From positions 497,228 to 529,227 of the forward strand of contig NZ_FOKT01000002.1 of NCBI RefSeq assembly GCF_900112305.1: a DNA stretch of 32,000 nt, written 5' to 3'. The notes below the pieces were generated by a model. It did no database searches, was not told the origin of the DNA, and saw nothing but the letters and a program-made list of their open reading frames with translations. Positions 29,538 to 32,000 of the stretch are shown piece by piece. How positions within the stretch are numbered: position 1 is the stretch's first letter; each line of letters starts with the position of its first letter. The translations under genes and the position numbers were made by a program. The stretch is from Microbulbifer thermotolerans. Its GTDB lineage: Bacteria; Pseudomonadota; Gammaproteobacteria; Pseudomonadales; Cellvibrionaceae.

Positions 29538-30563
29538 ATGAGCAAACCCACCCGCACCTTTGACCACATCCCTGTTGTCGATATCAGCGGCCTTTATTCC
29601 GATAAATTGGCAGATCGGCAGCAAGTGGCCAAACAAATCGCTGATGCAGCCACCAACGTGGGCTTCCTGTACATTACGGGCCACAGAATTCCACAGTCGT
29701 TGATCGATGCCCTGCTAATCCGCACCAAGGAATTCTTCGCCCGCCCTCACCGGGAAAAAATGCGCTACTACATCGGCAATTCATCCAACCATAGCGGTTA
29801 TGTCCCCGAAGGCGAAGAGCAGTTTTACGGTGGGAAAATCGATCACAAAGAAGCCTATGACATCAATAATGATCTTGGCCATCTGAGCCAGCAAGGGCCA
29901 ATGATAGGCCCGACCCAATGGCCGGATATGGCTGGTTTTAAAGAGGATGTCAGCGCTTATTACCAGGCTGCGTTAAATTTAGGTCAGTTACTCTTCCGGG
30001 GCTTTGCGCTTGCACTCGACCTGCCGGAAGATACCTTTGACGATAAAGTCAAAAACCCTCCCAGCCAGCTTCGACTGATCCATTACCCTTACAACCCCGA
30101 TGCTCAGGACCGGGAGGGCATCGGTGCTCATACAGATTACGAGTGCTTTACCCTGCTATTACCAACTACCGATGGCTTGGAAGTTCTAAACGATAACGGA
30201 GAATGGATTGATGCGCCCGTAATTCCTGGGAGCTTTGTTGTCAATATCGGCGATATGATGGAAATACTCAGTAATGGCCGTTTTATCGCCACCTCACATA
30301 GAGTCCGCAAAGTAAAAGAAGAGCGCTATTCTTTCCCATTGTTTTGCAGTTGTGACTACGACACGATCATTGAACCTCTCGTCGATCCTGCTCCCGGAAT
30401 TAAGCCTGGGACCTATCAACCCATGTGCTGTGGAGATCATTTACTCGCTCAAACCATGCATACGTTTCACTACTTGAAGGAGCGGGTAGCAAAAGGCGAG
30501 TTGCAATTCCCAGATTCCTCGGCCGATGCATCATCCTTCGGCAAACTGCGGGAGGTTTTATAA
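29538..30563 (+). CDS. 2-oxoglutarate/Fe(II)-dependent oxygenase, isopenicillin N synthase-like family
   Basis: MSKPTRTFDHIPVVDISGLYSD...; HxD in GIGAHTDYECFTLLLPTTDGLEVL, distal His in ATSHRV, RxS in ERYSFP; SD aaaggaga upstream. Confidence 0.93.
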   Translation: MSKPTRTFDHIPVVDISGLYSDKLADRQQVAKQIADAATNVGFLYITGHRIPQSLIDALLIRTKEFFARPHREKMRYYIGNSSNHSGYVPEGEEQFYGGKIDHKEAYDINNDLGHLSQQGPMIGPTQWPDMAGFKEDVSAYYQAALNLGQLLFRGFALALDLPEDTFDDKVKNPPSQLRLIHYPYNPDAQDREGIGAHTDYECFTLLLPTTDGLEVLNDNGEWIDAPVIPGSFVVNIGDMMEILSNGRFIATSHRVRKVKEERYSFPLFCSCDYDTIIEPLVDPAPGIKPGTYQPMCCGDHLLAQTMHTFHYLKERVAKGELQFPDSSADASSFGKLREVL

Positions 30564-30565
30564 TC

Positions 30566-31492
30566 ATGCACCTTGCCGAGCTCACTTCTGTAATCAATTC
30601 ACCCACTGCTAACACTGTGCCGCGCTGGATGCGCGGCTGCTTTCAGCGGCGCAGTATCAGTTTTGCCAACGGCCAGACGGATACAGATACCCGCGTATTT
30701 TGGCTGCAGTCTAACCTTCTGACCATTGACCTGCGTTTACCGGTCACCGCACAGCAGGAAAAAGAAGGCGACGATATTCAAAAAAAAGCAGATTACGAAG
30801 GTTGGTATGCGCATGCCGACTGGGATGGAAAACAACTTCAGTGGCGTGGTGGTGCCACTTATCAGTTGCACAATCGCTGGCCGGAACCGGCGATTTTACA
30901 GCGCATCGGCAATTGCATGATGGAATTTGCCCCGAGTGGTATTTATGTCGAGGATTGGCGGTTACTTTCAGATCAACCTGGGCCACTCATTGGACTGGAG
31001 CTGATCAGTGAGACAGACCTCAGCAGCGGCACAACGTCTCCGCGCAAGGGGGCACTGATTATCTGCGGCCGGCATGCCGGACTGGTAATCGACCGCCCCC
31101 ACCCGATCAGCGATAGTGGAGGCCTGTTAAAGCAACGATTGACGAATCTACAGATTGATGAAAGCGAACGGAGCAATCTGTTGGACTTTGAAACTTCAGT
31201 GGCTTTGGGATCGCTGTCTGAAGGGTTCACCGTACAGCACAGCCTGCATAAATACCGCTTGCAACAACCCCTGCTTTCTCTGACCGGGTTTGAGCTCGAT
31301 GCAAAATCGGGTTACCTGCGCCAGCGCACAGAAGACAACGGCAAAGCAGTAGAGCGGCTCTTTCGTATTGATTGTTGCGAAATGGAATTTCCCTTTACCC
31401 CGTGTACACCGTCGTCAGAGGATAGCCTCGAGTGGTTCCAGCGGGAGGCACCGACTCTGACGCGCTATACCCGTGTGCTTTATCAGAATTGA
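30566..31492 (+). CDS. uncharacterised protein co-transcribed with the oxygenase
   Basis: 308 aa MHLAELTSVINSPTANTVPRWMRGCFQRRSISFANGQTDTDTRVFWLQSNLLTIDLRLP...; starts 2 nt after the oxygenase stop, SD ggagg at the oxygenase 3' end. Confidence 0.8.
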   Translation: MHLAELTSVINSPTANTVPRWMRGCFQRRSISFANGQTDTDTRVFWLQSNLLTIDLRLPVTAQQEKEGDDIQKKADYEGWYAHADWDGKQLQWRGGATYQLHNRWPEPAILQRIGNCMMEFAPSGIYVEDWRLLSDQPGPLIGLELISETDLSSGTTSPRKGALIICGRHAGLVIDRPHPISDSGGLLKQRLTNLQIDESERSNLLDFETSVALGSLSEGFTVQHSLHKYRLQQPLLSLTGFELDAKSGYLRQRTEDNGKAVERLFRIDCCEMEFPFTPCTPSSEDSLEWFQREAPTLTRYTRVLYQN

Positions 31493-31683
31493 AAAGCCGG
31501 CCTGAATTCAAGCAACGACTGATAAGCTCGCGGGAAAGGCGTATTCGCTTCTAGAGGGCTTTGTGAATTTGGAAAACTGATTTCTGTTGCGCTGCCGGAC
31601 ACATCCCTGTATCCAGCGGCTTCAAAAAATCGCTCTCTCAGCGCATCTGAAGCAAATAAATCAGAAGTGTTGTCGAAGATACA

Positions 31684-32000
31684 TCAGCCTGTCATCGCCC
31701 GCACCATGGTGATCATCACACCGGCGGCCACCGCTGAGCCGATCACACCGGCCACATTGGGCCCCATAGCGTGCATCAACAGGAAGTTATGCGGGTTGGC
31801 TTCCAGGCCCAGCTTGTTGGATACCCGCGCAGCCATGGGGACTGCGGAAACACCGGCAGAGCCGATCAGCGGGTTGACCTTGTGCTTACTCACTAGGTTT
31901 AACAGTTTCGCCATCAATACACCTGCGGCGGTACCGATCGCGAAGGCGATAATTCCCAGTGCGAGAATGCCGAGGGTTTTGGGGTCCAGAAATTTATCCG
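31684..32000 (-). CDS. oadB: oxaloacetate decarboxylase (Na+-translocating) beta subunit, C-terminal part
   Basis: Minus-strand translation [96 protein letters not shown]; runs off window end. Confidence 0.9.
   Translation of the reverse strand, partial: DKFLDPKTLGILALGIIAFAIGTAAGVLMAKLLNLVSKHKVNPLIGSAGVSAVPMAARVSNKLGLEANPHNFLLMHAMGPNVAGVIGSAVAAGVMITMVRAMTG

Overview
Chromosomal window from a GC-rich gammaproteobacterium (Microbulbifer/Cellvibrionales-like by gene content; inference only). The first 19 kb is mostly housekeeping: alpha/beta hydrolase, yheU, methyltransferase, thiamine-binding protein, gcvR-like, trmL, fldB, mnmC, DUF502, glutamine cyclotransferase, recQ, omega-aminotransferase + mmsA, ligB, two OmpW paralogues, bolA-like and a TerB/DnaJ protein. 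The most interesting part is 19.1-31.5 kb. A minus-strand operon (ABC transporter, two 'urea amidolyase-associated' proteins, 'urea carboxylase', allophanate hydrolase) is preceded by a clear guanidine-I (ykkC) riboswitch, so it is best read as a guanidine import and degradation operon. Divergently, a 2-oxoglutarate/Fe(II)-type oxygenase plus an uncharacterised 308-aa protein lie behind a two-hairpin ACGR element matching the guanidine-II (mini-ykkC) riboswitch, with a well-spaced candidate sigma-54 promoter. This suggests a guanidino-compound oxygenase module linked to guanidine catabolism. The window also holds a family of ~221-bp MITE-like repeats with terminal inverted repeats (two full copies, two diverged copies, one end fragment), one of which supplies the stop codon of ligB.
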